Origin: a virus
Taxonomy: Duplodnaviria; Caudoviricetes
Strand: one strand, 5' to 3'
Length of the DNA: 63,076 nucleotides
IMG/VR virus record: IMGVR_UViG_3300046786_000486
Coordinates: 1-63,076 of that record
Part shown: piece by piece, positions 35,701-47,200 of the stretch
How the letters are laid out: each line of letters opens with the position of its first letter
Position numbering within the stretch: position 1 is the first letter of the stretch
Translations under genes and position numbers: made by a program
Notes under the pieces: generated by a model
Database searches by the model: none
Seen by the model: the letters and a program-made list of their open reading frames with translations, nothing else
Told to the model about the DNA's origin: nothing

Positions 35701-38700
35701 CTCTTCTCCTAAAATCTTAACAATCTGAAACGCATTGTTCAATGTCATTAATTCAGCCTCCTTGCCTTTTAGCGCTTTCCCATTCTTATCTATAAGAGTT
35801 TTAAATTGCGCGTGCAATGGCTTAATTAAGCTCTTTGCTCCAGAGATTATTTGAGATGCAACAGATGGACTAACGTTTGTATGCCAATCAAGCCACAACG
35901 AAGTGCCCTTAGCTGGACGATACATAACTGTATAGACATTTCTGTATCCATAAGCATCTAATAGCTTTTTGCGCTGAGACTTAGTAATATTCAATCCAAG
36001 AAAGCCCTTATTGGTATCAAGATACTTTTCCCAGTCCTTTATTGATATATTACCCTGTAGCTTGCCATACGCCTCATTCTGCAATTTTTTAGGCAAGAAG
36101 TTTAATAAGCCCATAATCTTGAGCTTGTTTCCTTGGTTTGATTTTGCATAAGCTGCTGCAATATTCTTGTCCTCTGATAAGTACATTCCATAACCGTACA
36201 TTTGGGCACCCTCGCCTTTACCTAAGTGGTCTAAGCTAAACTTGTCAAACACCCATCCGCTTCCGTGGTACAGTTCAATGTTTCCGTATTTCTGTTGGTA
36301 GCGAACTGTGACCTGACCATCTTCTGATACATTATCTTTTGCCTCATTAGATGCTGCGATAATATCAGATGTCAGTCCAATAGCTCGAGGCTCAACTTCT
36401 AATCCAGAGGCTTGGTAAAGAATAGTTCTGTTGTTCTCTTCCTTAGCTTCAATTGTCTTAAAGAAGTTATCGTAAAGCTCAGAAACTTCAGCAATTTCAT
36501 CTGGTTTAACATATACAAATGACTTTGCCCAAGAATCTTCACTAGAAAGAGAATCGTATCCCATACTAGATTTAGTAGCAACTAAGAAATCATTTCTTTT
36601 GTTGTTTTCCGACATCTTATATTGAACATAATTCTCGAATGCCCGAGCTGTCATCTCTACCATTGTAGAGTAATACTTACCTCTTGTTACTTTTCTACGA
36701 TTAACATCTGTTATTTTACTCCTAGATTTTAAATCTGAAGAAGAAAAGTAAGATGCAAGTTTCTTATAAGCATCAAACATTTCATCTCTAAGCAATGATG
36801 ATTGCGGAGTCGCTAAAAAGTTATTATCTAGCTCCCTTGTAACTAAATCATATTTTCCAAAGCCCATTACACCAAAATGATGGTCAAGCGCGTGCCACCA
36901 TTCGTGAGCGAAAGACCCTACTCCAGATAGGCGGCTTATATTAATTGCATTATCTACTGGATTGTAGTGCGCTGCAGCAGCTGAATTTTTTCTGTCTTGT
37001 GCGCCGAAAGATAGAATAATCTTACCTCCTAATCCAAGAGACTTTGGCGGTACACCTAATAATTCAGACATATCCATAAGCGCATCGTAAGTATCATTTA
37101 TTAATGACTGCTTCTCGTCCTTATCCATAGACTTATTGAAATCTACGCCTTTAAATTCAAATGTCTCAAATAGTTGCTGAGATGTAATATCTTTTCCTTG
37201 GCGCCAATCCGTGCCAATTCTATTTGAATCAAATTTCTTAAGAAAATCTTCTAGCGTTTCTTTAAAAGAATCGCTATCGAAATATTCTTTTATCCTTTCG
37301 ATGTTGTCATTAACATACTTTTCCGCATCAATTTTAGATGAGAACATTGTGACAGCAGGGACTGGGAAAAATTTTCCTCTAACCTCTCTGCCTACTCTCC
37401 AATATGTAGCACGCCCTATTCTTTCTTTTACAATTGCGACATTGCTTTTTCTTGTTGGAACTTTTTCAGAGGCGTATAATTCAATAAATTTATTAATTAA
37501 ATCTTCTTCGCTAGTAAACTTGCCTAAGTCCCAATTTACAGAGCCATTCGAAGATTTAGTTATATATCCAGAGAACTCACCATCGCTATTTTTAGATACC
37601 CATACAGATGCTTTTCCAAGCGTATTTATAGACAAGCCATCTTTTATTTTTTCTATAATTTTTAAATACGTTTCAAAGCTTTTGTCATTGTAATCTCTAT
37701 AATTAGTAGGGTCAAACTCTCCGCTTAAAATTGATGCAACTCTTCTTCTGGTATATAGAATGTTTGTTATATTAGATGAAGTCTTTATTGAAGATGGAGC
37801 CATAGATAAAGAAAGTTTAATCATAGCTGCCTCCTTCAAGGTTATTTCCCCAGACTTTAAAAGCTCATAAAAATCTATCTTAGGAAGTAGTTGCCCTAAC
37901 GTAATCTCTCCTGCAGAAATTTTTGAAGTAACATAGCTGTAGTCAACTTCTGTCTCATACGGAATAGGCTCACCCTTTGCTACACGCTTCGGCTTTCTCT
38001 TAGAAGCAGACTCCCCTACTGCAGCTGTAGCAGATTGTTTTCTTTTTCTTCCCTCTTTAACAGGCTTGGGCTCTAATTCATTCCCACCAAGATATTCTTT
38101 TGCATCGTCATCGGACATCCCATCAATAGCTTCATCTTCTTCTGGAGTAACTTCTAGTTCGCCAGCTATCTCTGGATTTTCTTCTGGATTATCAACTATA
38201 TCTACAGCCTCATCTGCAGCCTCTTGAGCAGCTGTAGCATCTGGGTCTTCACCAACAGCCTCTTGGAAATCGTCTACTGACATACCAGTCTCCTCAGCTA
38301 CAAACTCTTCGAACTCAGATTGAGTCTGAGCCTCTTCTTCTGCAGTAAATCCAGCTTCAGCGCCCGCTTCAGTTTCTGCTTCAGCAGCAGCTTGAGCCTC
38401 AGCTTCTAACGAAATTCCGTTATCATCTAGCACAGACTGAGCCATAGCCTTTCTATCAGAAAATTCCAATAGCATAGACTCTAATGCGGATTCTACTTCG
38501 CCAGTAACTAATTTATATTTCTTACCAACCTCTGAATCAACAATAGCTTTTGCAATCTCAGGAATGGTTAATGCACCGTTTTCCCTTGAGTCTGTGAGCT
38601 TAAATCTAGCTCGCATAGCCTTAGTGTCATCTTTGTATCCAAAAGGACCTTTAGTAGTAAATAAAGTGACAAGTGACCCCGCTTCTGGAGTTACTGTTCT

Positions 38701-41700
38701 CTTAGATATATCCTTGGTTCTTCCTCGGATAATGGTACCACCCTTAATGAAATACTGTTTAACAATATCAGATAAGCTACTAGATTCTACCTCTAGCGCT
38801 CTCTTCATTACAGGGTCTTTTATTTTGCGCTGACCTGCGGGAGTTTTATTTCCTCGTTTTCTTTTAACAGCTGTTTGAACACCCTCTGTAGAAGGTCCGA
38901 CTTCTTCCGTCGTCTGTACTCCCTCTTCACCTGTTGTTGCAGTGACATCTTCTCCCCCTTGTTGGGTAGGAGATTTTTTTGCTCTAGTTTCATATTTGCC
39001 TTTTATTTTATCTAGCTTAATTCTACTACCAGTTTTTACTGACTCATTGAAGCTCTTCATAAAGTCAACCAATTCGGTAGCGTCAGCTAATTCATCAAAT
39101 GCTGTTGTATCAATATTTAATTTCTGCAATAAGCTTCTAAATGCAAGACGCACACTCTCTATGAAAGTCTTATCTGTTAATAAATTTTCGTTATTAGATA
39201 TTAGGCCAGCTAATTCAGATAAGTATTCTTCAGCGCGAACATCTTCGGTGTTACCTTTATCATCTCCGTATGATTCAGCGAAAGCATTTAGGTAATCAGC
39301 TCCGCTCATCTGGATTAACTCGCCAGTAGATTTGTCGCGCACATTAAGCATCGTATCTTTCTTGATACGACCCATAATCTTCTTGCGCATATCAATAAAT
39401 GCTTGCGGATTTTTAGATGCAATACTAACTAATGCAGCGTGGAATATCTCGTGAGAGATAGACGCTTGATTCATCTTATTTACGTTGATGTGGATGTTTC
39501 CATCTCTAACGTATGACGCATTACTAGCGCGGGCAGCCTGCTCATCAAATGTATCTTGATTAGACTCACTTCTTAAGCCAGCTACATAATCATCATCTGT
39601 TGTGTATAGATATATATTTGCATCACTAACTGAACGTAGTGCTTTTTGAGCCTTTATAATGCGCAACTTAGCTTCATTTGAAATCTGCATCTGTTGCCCA
39701 TCACGAGTAAACACAATAGGAGTCTTTAATAGACCTTTTCTTACTAAGATTCTATTAATTCCGCTACGCTCTTGCTCTGACATTATATTGCCAGACAACT
39801 TCTCTTTTACAGCCGCAGACGCCTCATCCATTGTGTTGAATCTAGTCTGCAACTCAGGTACATAATAGCGAGTTGAACCATCTTCTCCAGTAACCTCCAA
39901 TGCAGTAGCAAGTTTCTTGCCACCCTGCTCAATGTTAAATACCGAAGCCATAGTTCTCTTTCCAGACGGCTTGCCATCAGCTCTCTCTTCTAATGAAACG
40001 TTTTTCGTCTCAGAAGCTGTTACTGTTACAGGCTGAGCTGGGTCTACCGTAAATGCCTCGTTAGGCTCAATTTCATTATCTATGTCGAATATATCAAATG
40101 CGTCCCCACCCTTAACCTCTAATGGTTTTGTTGGAGCGCCAGTAGTCTCAGCGAAAGACGCTCTTGCTTTTTCAGCTTCTGATAAAAGCTCGTCTCTTTC
40201 TGCAATTAAGTCATCTAATTGCTCCATAAAGACACGTCTCTTCTCGCGTTGTTGTTCTTCGCTAAGGTTAGGGTCTGGAGCAGATTTCATTTGGTCTAAC
40301 GAAGCTGTTAATCCATCAATCTGGTCAGTTAATTCTAAGATTCTTTTAGCTGCTGTAACGGGTGCTGCCTCAAGTTGAGTCGCAGTCATATTGTTACGTT
40401 GCTCTTTCTCTCCTTTTAATGCTTTGATTCTTTCTTCCAAGACAGGGCGTCCTGGGTCAATATCGCTCATTGAACTTAGAGCGTCTTCTAAAGCAGTAAT
40501 TGTTTCATCAGCCTTCTTGTTAAACTGACGATTAATTTGATTTGCTTTTACATAAGAGTAAATACCTGTTGGCGCACCAGAGCCTACTTCAGCAATACCC
40601 TCCATTAACACAGAGTCCCAATCACTAATCTTACCTTCTGAAACTAATTGACCTACAGCCTCACCTAACATACCTCCGACTGTTTCTGTAGCCATAGTAG
40701 CGGCAGAGGCAACTCTACTTGCCCCCATATCGGTTAAGCCTGTACGAGCAGCTACTGGAATCTGTTCAACAACTTGCTCTGCTCCATCTATGACGCGATT
40801 TACACCAAAAGAGATAAATTCTTCTTCTAGCTTTGCTCCAGCTCTATTGGCAGCCTTTGATGCAACCTTAACAGCAGCTTTACCAGCGGCCTCAGATAAT
40901 CCACCTGTAATTAAATCAATTGCAGCCACAGGAATACCACGCTTAATGCCGTCAGCTCTTACTTCTTCGATAAGTTTTTCATCTTGAAATGCAGCCTGCA
41001 ATTGCTTTGCATCGGTAGTATCTATTCCGCGTTCCTCTAGTTTTTGTTGTATGGTTCCTCCAACCTCAGCTACATAAGTAGAGCCAGCTTGAATACCACC
41101 TAAGAAACCAGCAGTAGCTGTTACTGGAGCATAAATAGTTCCTACAGCAGCTGCAGCTGGTGCTGCAGCAACTCCAGTTGCCAATGCGGTTTTCCACGCA
41201 CCAGTTACGCCTAATAGAGACTCAGTAAGAATTTCAGGAATTGCAGCAGCTTTATCGAACCAGTCAGCCTCTCCTTTTTCCATCTTTTGATAATAAGATG
41301 ACTTAGGAATCATAGAGGCAGCCATATAATTGTCGGCTATATCTTGGTATTTATCAAGAGCTTTATCTCGATTCGCAACATTAGTGTGAGATAACTCAAC
41401 CATACCCTGATTAGCTGTACTGCTAAACAAAGTTCTAACTCCAGCGTTAATTAAGTTGGTTGGGACGTCCAATGCGTCGGCAACAAACTCTCCTACAACT
41501 CCGAACTTAGATAGTCCAGAGTAGTCGAGTCCACCTCCAGGAAGTAATGGGTTGGCTAAAAAGCGCCTAGCTGCATTAGCATTTTCTGCTGTTGCATCCT
41601 TTGGAGTTTCTCCAATTTTACTAAGCCCAGAATCCGTAGAATCTGTCGGCCCAGATGATACCGAAACGTCTTTTTTTTTTAAAAGATTGATGTCGTCATC

Positions 41701-41877
41701 ATTGATTTCATCATCTACCTCGTCAACATTATATCTGTTTCCGTCTTTTTCTGCGAAATATTTTCCTCCGCTACTTTTGAGTTTAGTATTTTGGTCGATT
41801 ACAAATACTTGATTTGTATTCTCATCTAGGATACCGTATTGTCCTTGACTATTTTTTACTAATCGTTTCTTAGCCAT
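32755..41877 (-). CDS. Giant internal virion/ejection polyvalent protein (zincin peptidase, LPD1-like and ART-like domains)
   Basis: 3040 aa; HEIFH (about 39439-39453), AHEWWHALD with EMTARAFE (about 36640-36910), and LYHGS...GEGAQMYGYGMYL...YIVFD (about 35490-36275). Confidence 0.78.
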   Translation of the reverse strand: MAKKRLVKNSQGQYGILDENTNQVFVIDQNTKLKSSGGKYFAEKDGNRYNVDEVDDEINDDDINLLKKKDVSVSSGPTDSTDSGLSKIGETPKDATAENANAARRFLANPLLPGGGLDYSGLSKFGVVGEFVADALDVPTNLINAGVRTLFSSTANQGMVELSHTNVANRDKALDKYQDIADNYMAASMIPKSSYYQKMEKGEADWFDKAAAIPEILTESLLGVTGAWKTALATGVAAAPAAAAVGTIYAPVTATAGFLGGIQAGSTYVAEVGGTIQQKLEERGIDTTDAKQLQAAFQDEKLIEEVRADGIKRGIPVAAIDLITGGLSEAAGKAAVKVASKAANRAGAKLEEEFISFGVNRVIDGAEQVVEQIPVAARTGLTDMGASRVASAATMATETVGGMLGEAVGQLVSEGKISDWDSVLMEGIAEVGSGAPTGIYSYVKANQINRQFNKKADETITALEDALSSMSDIDPGRPVLEERIKALKGEKEQRNNMTATQLEAAPVTAAKRILELTDQIDGLTASLDQMKSAPDPNLSEEQQREKRRVFMEQLDDLIAERDELLSEAEKARASFAETTGAPTKPLEVKGGDAFDIFDIDNEIEPNEAFTVDPAQPVTVTASETKNVSLEERADGKPSGKRTMASVFNIEQGGKKLATALEVTGEDGSTRYYVPELQTRFNTMDEASAAVKEKLSGNIMSEQERSGINRILVRKGLLKTPIVFTRDGQQMQISNEAKLRIIKAQKALRSVSDANIYLYTTDDDYVAGLRSESNQDTFDEQAARASNASYVRDGNIHINVNKMNQASISHEIFHAALVSIASKNPQAFIDMRKKIMGRIKKDTMLNVRDKSTGELIQMSGADYLNAFAESYGDDKGNTEDVRAEEYLSELAGLISNNENLLTDKTFIESVRLAFRSLLQKLNIDTTAFDELADATELVDFMKSFNESVKTGSRIKLDKIKGKYETRAKKSPTQQGGEDVTATTGEEGVQTTEEVGPSTEGVQTAVKRKRGNKTPAGQRKIKDPVMKRALEVESSSLSDIVKQYFIKGGTIIRGRTKDISKRTVTPEAGSLVTLFTTKGPFGYKDDTKAMRARFKLTDSRENGALTIPEIAKAIVDSEVGKKYKLVTGEVESALESMLLEFSDRKAMAQSVLDDNGISLEAEAQAAAEAETEAGAEAGFTAEEEAQTQSEFEEFVAEETGMSVDDFQEAVGEDPDATAAQEAADEAVDIVDNPEENPEIAGELEVTPEEDEAIDGMSDDDAKEYLGGNELEPKPVKEGRKRKQSATAAVGESASKRKPKRVAKGEPIPYETEVDYSYVTSKISAGEITLGQLLPKIDFYELLKSGEITLKEAAMIKLSLSMAPSSIKTSSNITNILYTRRRVASILSGEFDPTNYRDYNDKSFETYLKIIEKIKDGLSINTLGKASVWVSKNSDGEFSGYITKSSNGSVNWDLGKFTSEEDLINKFIELYASEKVPTRKSNVAIVKERIGRATYWRVGREVRGKFFPVPAVTMFSSKIDAEKYVNDNIERIKEYFDSDSFKETLEDFLKKFDSNRIGTDWRQGKDITSQQLFETFEFKGVDFNKSMDKDEKQSLINDTYDALMDMSELLGVPPKSLGLGGKIILSFGAQDRKNSAAAAHYNPVDNAINISRLSGVGSFAHEWWHALDHHFGVMGFGKYDLVTRELDNNFLATPQSSLLRDEMFDAYKKLASYFSSSDLKSRSKITDVNRRKVTRGKYYSTMVEMTARAFENYVQYKMSENNKRNDFLVATKSSMGYDSLSSEDSWAKSFVYVKPDEIAEVSELYDNFFKTIEAKEENNRTILYQASGLEVEPRAIGLTSDIIAASNEAKDNVSEDGQVTVRYQQKYGNIELYHGSGWVFDKFSLDHLGKGEGAQMYGYGMYLSEDKNIAAAYAKSNQGNKLKIMGLLNFLPKKLQNEAYGKLQGNISIKDWEKYLDTNKGFLGLNITKSQRKKLLDAYGYRNVYTVMYRPAKGTSLWLDWHTNVSPSVASQIISGAKSLIKPLHAQFKTLIDKNGKALKGKEAELMTLNNAFQIVKILGEETTINNLMAHTGGELYGKIQSTFKNQKDASQLLLMMGIDGNRVPVGYFLNNMSGQRTVAPDQKYNYIVFDADRLKIMNRSTMRFQSSEGANLALVDDAAEYKMVELYGNPQEMLAHFESKFKVDNAAQQKGFATKLSKASRTIEGAITDNIMTRAAARLFNLPFDAIDWIGDAGFINITKVDENGNTTKEKVSFNSLWKSAFGMSEGKARELTLKGLESNNKFANIASNVATGLIKNLSVTDKLQKQSREYTGYKDNAHNLIRRLSTSLNGMVGFDAQALRRVHSLLDPEAFEGMDRTDLPGNPLELSVSELRLFNALRTMNDYMHEWHYKNGFLDKETYDKFKGKYFGRMYSEIEHKQFKDVSEAMDSMTAGTDLSMFKQRKDFEMVDLNLMEDPIYITCKRLAQMAHNQAVVDFCDSIAESNEYAIYDKLDDIPENLQKYYKKLEGFGNNKRFGELTNKYVPLAIHEEIYGTQFASQFMSDMFNLFKKYDKLALRQMLKKSKTVYNPLARLGNIVSSFAFAFQGGVNPFSLLQKRIAAKEQIDNYGEYVQDLTKAGVIGTSGVNQMLLGMDENSWSYRTLVALKVPQKVLANANDFDNMVKETYGKADDVAKVAMYMSLVQDRGKTKEEAIQIVAESMQNYKTVGKYFVLSSMTPVFGNAFIRFKADATRILYNGIAKRPLYTAAYIGMLYGVKELLSDLSGEDDEEKEAREERPFTTKWGAGPFAIPMNWKVGSKEFNVGRYLSPYYIYDQGYYGDNLVDASQYLPYQVQKLQPGKGRGLLNTGYVPGLTDPFLGVGAQLLFDYDYKGNSVADPGASRFMPQTVSSKQMILNQLAFAGRSLGSPYYGWIADQNAAWEGKLDVHDRKRDPLDAALSLVIKNEEIDSKILTEKYANHLNRMFKQHQAALDLIKVTRTRMQEDILRIQSNTELTPAQKQIQIQDVYEMAEELRVEKHNEMLRIAKEAEEPYKRFLKLKQPKK

Positions 41878-41933
41878 AACTGCTTATGAGATGTTATAAA
41901 TTATGTAAATATACCGCAAAATATTTACTAACG

Positions 41934-43421
41934 CTATCGACCTGTTCCAAAAAAGGAGCTACTATCTACTGTGTTAGCAGACATTCTTTGTAAGCCGCCC
42001 ATTATAGATGCAGTATTTTCCTTAGAATCTCCTTGTACCCTATTGATAAATGCGTCATATTCCGATTGGCCAAGAATAACATTTGTTAGTTTATTTGAAG
42101 TAGTAGGTACATCTGCAAATGGATTACTTGGGTCAATCTTAGCTTTGTCTACTGGGTATCCATTTAGTATATATCTTCCGTCGACGCCTTTTGTTACAGA
42201 AACAACTTTTATTGGCCCAATCTGCGAACCATACCCTTTACCACCTTTTACACCAGGGAAGTCCATAGCAAACGGCTTAGGTAATGTCATATCGTAAGCC
42301 GTTTGATACTTGCCAGGAATAACCTTACCGTTCTTGTCTTTTAACGGTATCTTTCTCGGAGTAATCTTCAGTCCAGGAACACTAGTACCTCCAGAATCTC
42401 CTCTAAGCGCTTTTAGTCTTTGAGCTTCATTCTCGCGAACCTGACTCATTGCAACAGCGTGCTTATCAGCAATTTCCTGTGGCTTAGCGTTTGCTTCAAG
42501 AACATCAGTAGTGGCCTTAGCTTTCTCTGACTGCATTTGATATATATCTTTAGTCTCAACAGCAGCTTTAGGTGTCTTAACTGAACGCAATATATTTTCA
42601 GCTATCTGCTCATCAGATATAGCTACGCCAAAGTTTCCTTTCTCTCTAATCTTGTCAAATATATCTGGGCGTGAAGCCTTCATACTAGCAGCAGCGTATC
42701 TTGCAAATGGAACTTCTTCCATTTTTCCAGTAGTTGGATTAGGCATAGATATAGTTTTTGGAGGCTCAGGTGTTCTTGTCTCCGCATTAAATGTATAATA
42801 TTTAGGAGCCTCAAATTCAATTAACTCCTTACTTTCATTGCCATTCTTATCTACATACGTTTCAGTATATTTAGACGTCTCTAGCGGGTTAGCAGCCAAG
42901 AATGCCTTAAGTCCAATTGAATTAAAGTTTGTATGATTGTCAATTACTTTTGACATTTTCTTCTGAAGGTCTACTGCATTTGTAGCCTCTCCAGATAGCA
43001 TAAGTGCAGTTAAATCGCTTTGTGCGGCAGAGAAGCTATCTATATTGTCTTTATTGGCAACAAGAGTCTCTGTACCAAGCTTAAATAATTCAGGAGTAGT
43101 ATTATAGAAGTTCTTTAGGTCTTTAATCTTAGAGACCTCATTGGTTAATTCGCCTATATATTCGTGGTTTAGCTTTCCGTTTTTATATATCTTTTTAGAA
43201 GCCTCTTCCTTGACTCTATTTATTTCTTCTGTAACCTTCTTCTGCCCCCAGATACTAACATCTTTTTTTAGATTTTCTAGGTTAAGATAAGTTTTTTCAG
43301 CCAGCTCATTGTCTTTGCGCTTAGACTCAACAATATGTGCAAACACCCCACCTATACCAGATGAAGCTTTCTCTAAATATCTATTGATACTATCGGCTGC
43401 GTTATAATTAAAATCTGCCAT
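41934..43421 (-). CDS. Putative ejection/internal virion protein
   Basis: 495 aa between the pilot-like gene and the giant gene. Confidence 0.55.
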   Translation of the reverse strand: MADFNYNAADSINRYLEKASSGIGGVFAHIVESKRKDNELAEKTYLNLENLKKDVSIWGQKKVTEEINRVKEEASKKIYKNGKLNHEYIGELTNEVSKIKDLKNFYNTTPELFKLGTETLVANKDNIDSFSAAQSDLTALMLSGEATNAVDLQKKMSKVIDNHTNFNSIGLKAFLAANPLETSKYTETYVDKNGNESKELIEFEAPKYYTFNAETRTPEPPKTISMPNPTTGKMEEVPFARYAAASMKASRPDIFDKIREKGNFGVAISDEQIAENILRSVKTPKAAVETKDIYQMQSEKAKATTDVLEANAKPQEIADKHAVAMSQVRENEAQRLKALRGDSGGTSVPGLKITPRKIPLKDKNGKVIPGKYQTAYDMTLPKPFAMDFPGVKGGKGYGSQIGPIKVVSVTKGVDGRYILNGYPVDKAKIDPSNPFADVPTTSNKLTNVILGQSEYDAFINRVQGDSKENTASIMGGLQRMSANTVDSSSFFGTGR

Positions 43422-43440
43422 TTCGAATTTTATTATTGAA

Positions 43441-44217
43441 TTACGTTTTTGACCATATTCTCTCCATCATCGCTCTATTCTGCTTCTGGTTGTCGATTTC
43501 TAGGATACCTTTTCCGAAGCTTGTAGCGATTCCTCCAACACCGCTAATCATAGCTGAATTTGCCGCAGCAACGTTATTGAACGCTGACATCTGCATTCCG
43601 AATAAATTCATATCTAAATCGCTTAGACCTTGGAACTTAGATTGCTCCAAGCCTAATAAAGTTTTTTGCTTATCTAATTTAGACTGAAACTCTAGTCCGC
43701 GTTCACGAGCTGTAGCGGTAGCTTGTTCGGCAACCGATTGCAAATACGCTTGGTTAGCGCGGTCCTGAAGAGACTGAGTATATGCCATACTAGTTTGCTC
43801 CAAATCGGACATCTTTGCCGCTTCGGCGCCCTGTACTAAAGAAGCAAGAGTAAGTACATCTGAGCCAGAAGTAGCTCCTAGCTTTCCTGCAGCTAAAGCG
43901 TCAGCAGAGGACTGCTTTACCTTGTCTTGAGCGATGCCTATCCCAGCAACTCTGCTTGAGCTAGCCATACGCTTCTGCATTTCACTTTCTTGGACAGCCT
44001 TTTTGTAAAGACTCGTATCTGCCTTATATGTATCCAATGCGCCAGCTTTGCTGATTAGTTCGTCAAATCCAGCCGTAGTAGCCGCGCGCTGTTTAACGCC
44101 AAACGCATTTATACGATTGCCAGATTCAATAGCAGCCTTACGCTGTTTGTTAGCTGCAAAAACATCCATTAATGAGCCTACGCCCCCAAGAATGGTTCCA
44201 ATAGTTACTGGGTCCAT
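43441..44217 (-). CDS. Putative DNA ejection/pilot protein
   Basis: MDPVTIGTILGGVGSL start; Ala/Gln-rich helices; follows the nozzle gene. Confidence 0.65.
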   Translation of the reverse strand: MDPVTIGTILGGVGSLMDVFAANKQRKAAIESGNRINAFGVKQRAATTAGFDELISKAGALDTYKADTSLYKKAVQESEMQKRMASSSRVAGIGIAQDKVKQSSADALAAGKLGATSGSDVLTLASLVQGAEAAKMSDLEQTSMAYTQSLQDRANQAYLQSVAEQATATARERGLEFQSKLDKQKTLLGLEQSKFQGLSDLDMNLFGMQMSAFNNVAAANSAMISGVGGIATSFGKGILEIDNQKQNRAMMERIWSKT

Positions 44218-44230
44218 AATTTATTAATTG

Positions 44231-47200
44231 TTAAGAGTGTCCAGAAATAGGTTGTACCTCAATATCAATCGAGTTTATTCTCATACTCTGACTTCTATCC
44301 TTTAAAGTTACAACAAATTTGTTTAGATAGCCAACAATATAGTTGCCATCAATCAAGTTTGCCCTAACAATCGAGCCAGTCGTATTCATATCTCTCAGTA
44401 TATGAGCATACAATCTATTATCTTCTACAATAAAATTTCCTTCGTTTATTTCACTTACTTGGTTATTTTCGTTTGTAATGTCTATTTTAATCAAGCTAGA
44501 TTTTACACCATTTGCGTTGCTATAGTTAATTACATTCATATCGTGCCATACAGACAAATTCTGTGGCATTGTCGGAATCTTAGTATTAGCTACAAAAGAT
44601 ATCGTTGTGTCATAAGATGTTCCTCCAAAGAATGTATTGTATCCTGATTGGCCGCTCTTATACATAATGTTATCCTTAAATAATATCATCTTGTCTCCGT
44701 AGCTTTCTGCAAATCCAGTTCTAAAAGAATATGTGGAAATCCATCTCTTTAGTTTATCTGAATATCCGAGAGAAGTACCACTAGACGCAAATCCAATAAA
44801 GCACATATCATAGAATGGGTCATACGCAAATCTTGCCACTCCACCAGTACCTCCTTTTGTTAAAAACTCAGAGCGCATATATACGTCACTCGGAATTGAA
44901 ACACCTTCTTCTGAGAACTTAATAACCTTTTTGTTAAAGTCATCCCACCACCAGATATTTCCTCTGTAATTCATTACAGACTGCTTATCTTTCAGGCCGT
45001 AATTGTTTCCTAAGTTACGGATAGTGCCAATCATATTTGCCGTTAAAGCACGTATGCCAGTATTATTTCCTTGTGACAATTCTTGCTCTCCAAGAAACAC
45101 ATAACTAGCTTCGCGCAAACAAAGAGCAAGTAACATAGCCCCATTTCCCTGTAAGCGGGAAGCGCGCTGCAATGACGTAATCTCTCCATTCTCAATAGGC
45201 ACATCGTTGGCATCTAATCCAAAGAATGAATTGATGTTATTTATCTTGGTCCCAGGAACGTAATTGCCAGAATACCTGATAGTATTAGTTCTTCTTGGAT
45301 ATGATAAGTTAGCAGAAGCTAATAAAGGCTTACCTGCTGATGTATTCCATCTTTGATTAGCTGTAGCATTAGATATAGAGCGTATTAAGAATTTCTGATT
45401 AGCAGAATCTACTGTAGCATTTGAGTTGTATGTAGTTCTTTCTAATGGAGCTGTTCTGTCTCCGTTTATAGTCAACTTAATAGGAGTTCCTGTAGCTGGC
45501 TTCTTTATCGTAAAACTAGATGATATTGCATCTCCAACGTTAGAGTACTCAACTGTCAATTCTACATAAAATCTATCTCTAGCATTTATGTCATTATTGA
45601 TTGGTATTATGTGCGACGACATAACAGTTGAAGTTGGTCCCGCAAAATATGAAATCTCTGTACTTAAGTCGTAAGAAGACTTGCCATACGTAACTGGCTT
45701 ATCATAAACATTTCTAACCGCATCGTATGGTACTCTCCATAGTTGCGTATATATATTTAATCTTAATCCGCCAGAAGGAGGAAGTACTGTTCCTGTTATT
45801 GGATTAACGTCACCTGTTGCAAATGTGATACTGGTGTCAATATCAAATTTGTAATCAATCGTAATCTTATTTATAGTCGAGTCTTGGTATCCTGCTTCGT
45901 AATAACCCGAAACTCTAAAGCTTGAGCCAGATGAAGCTGGAGTCAAATTAGAGCCTATGATAGAAGCTGAGTCTTGATTCGAACCAAATGATGTCCACGT
46001 CGGACTAAATATAGTAGACGCTGGCGTAGATGTCAATGAAGTACCCGAAATGGTTTCGGATGTCATAGCACAAATAACCTCAGTTACTCTGTCTTCTGTA
46101 ATATAATCTTCTGAAGGATGTGGCTTTTCTACATTATATAAGAACGGGGCGGTTTTGTAAACAGGAATCTCTAGCTTAGAGAATACCATATCACCAATTA
46201 TCTTGGTAGAATTTAACGTGCCAGCGCCAGTGAATGTTGTACCTGTCCAAGTGTTATCAATTGGAATCAAGTTGCCAGACTCATAGAATAGCAGAGACTC
46301 GTCCTCCTGTTGTGTAGAAGGAGAATAAATTTCAAAATAGTTATTTAATGGAACTGGAATTTCTGGGTTAGTCATTTCTCCTCCAGAGTATTCGCAATAA
46401 ATCAAATTGTTATTTTGCTCTAATATCTTCAAGTCAAGTAATCCAGCAGGCGTATTTATTGTTATTCTATCGCCCTGCTGAAAAGTATATATATACCCAG
46501 CAGAAAACATACCCATTAAGTCTACAGCGAAGTATTTAAGGTCCTTTAGCTGAGTCTTTGTTATAGACTGAGTAAGAGTCTTAACTTTTGTCACCTCTAA
46601 TGTAGTCGGGTTAGTTTCAGTAGTAGTTAATTCAAAAAAGATATTACTTGCATACCCTTCGTACACATAAGATTTTGATATATTCTTTGTAAAGCAAAGT
46701 TGTATATACTTAGCCCAAGCTGGTCTAACATAAGTTCCAGAAGTGGGTGTAACCGTGATATTTTTAATTAGCGGGTATGCAAACTTACCTGTGGTAAACT
46801 TGTGTATAGTAGTTGGCTCTACACCTCTAGTCTTAAGAGCTGCATCATAGTAAGCGATACCAACTGCGTATGTAGAGTTATTTGCAAACGGCTTAACATA
46901 TCCACTTCCATTAGTCGATAATTCAGAAGAAGTTGCAGTTACTGTTGTACCGCCTAAATAAGTCTTATAGTCTCCAGCTGACAAAGCCGTTTCGTTAGCA
47001 GATGTAATTGTAATAGCCGTATTCGCAGAAACGATAGAGTAATCGTCCTGTATGTTTGCTACAAACACCCTATTCTTTGCAACCTCAATATGCTTAGCAT
47101 TCTGAGGTACAGCATCAAACGGCTTAGTAGCGCTAACTGAATCAAGTGCCTCGTAAATATCACCAACCCAATCAAAGCTTATGTTTGAAGCCGTGCTAGT

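Noticed and set aside
40070-40105. FDIFDID in the giant protein as a virion RNA polymerase DxDxD motif
   Set aside because: The spacing does not fit DFDxD, it lies in a low-complexity linker and no other polymerase motifs were seen.
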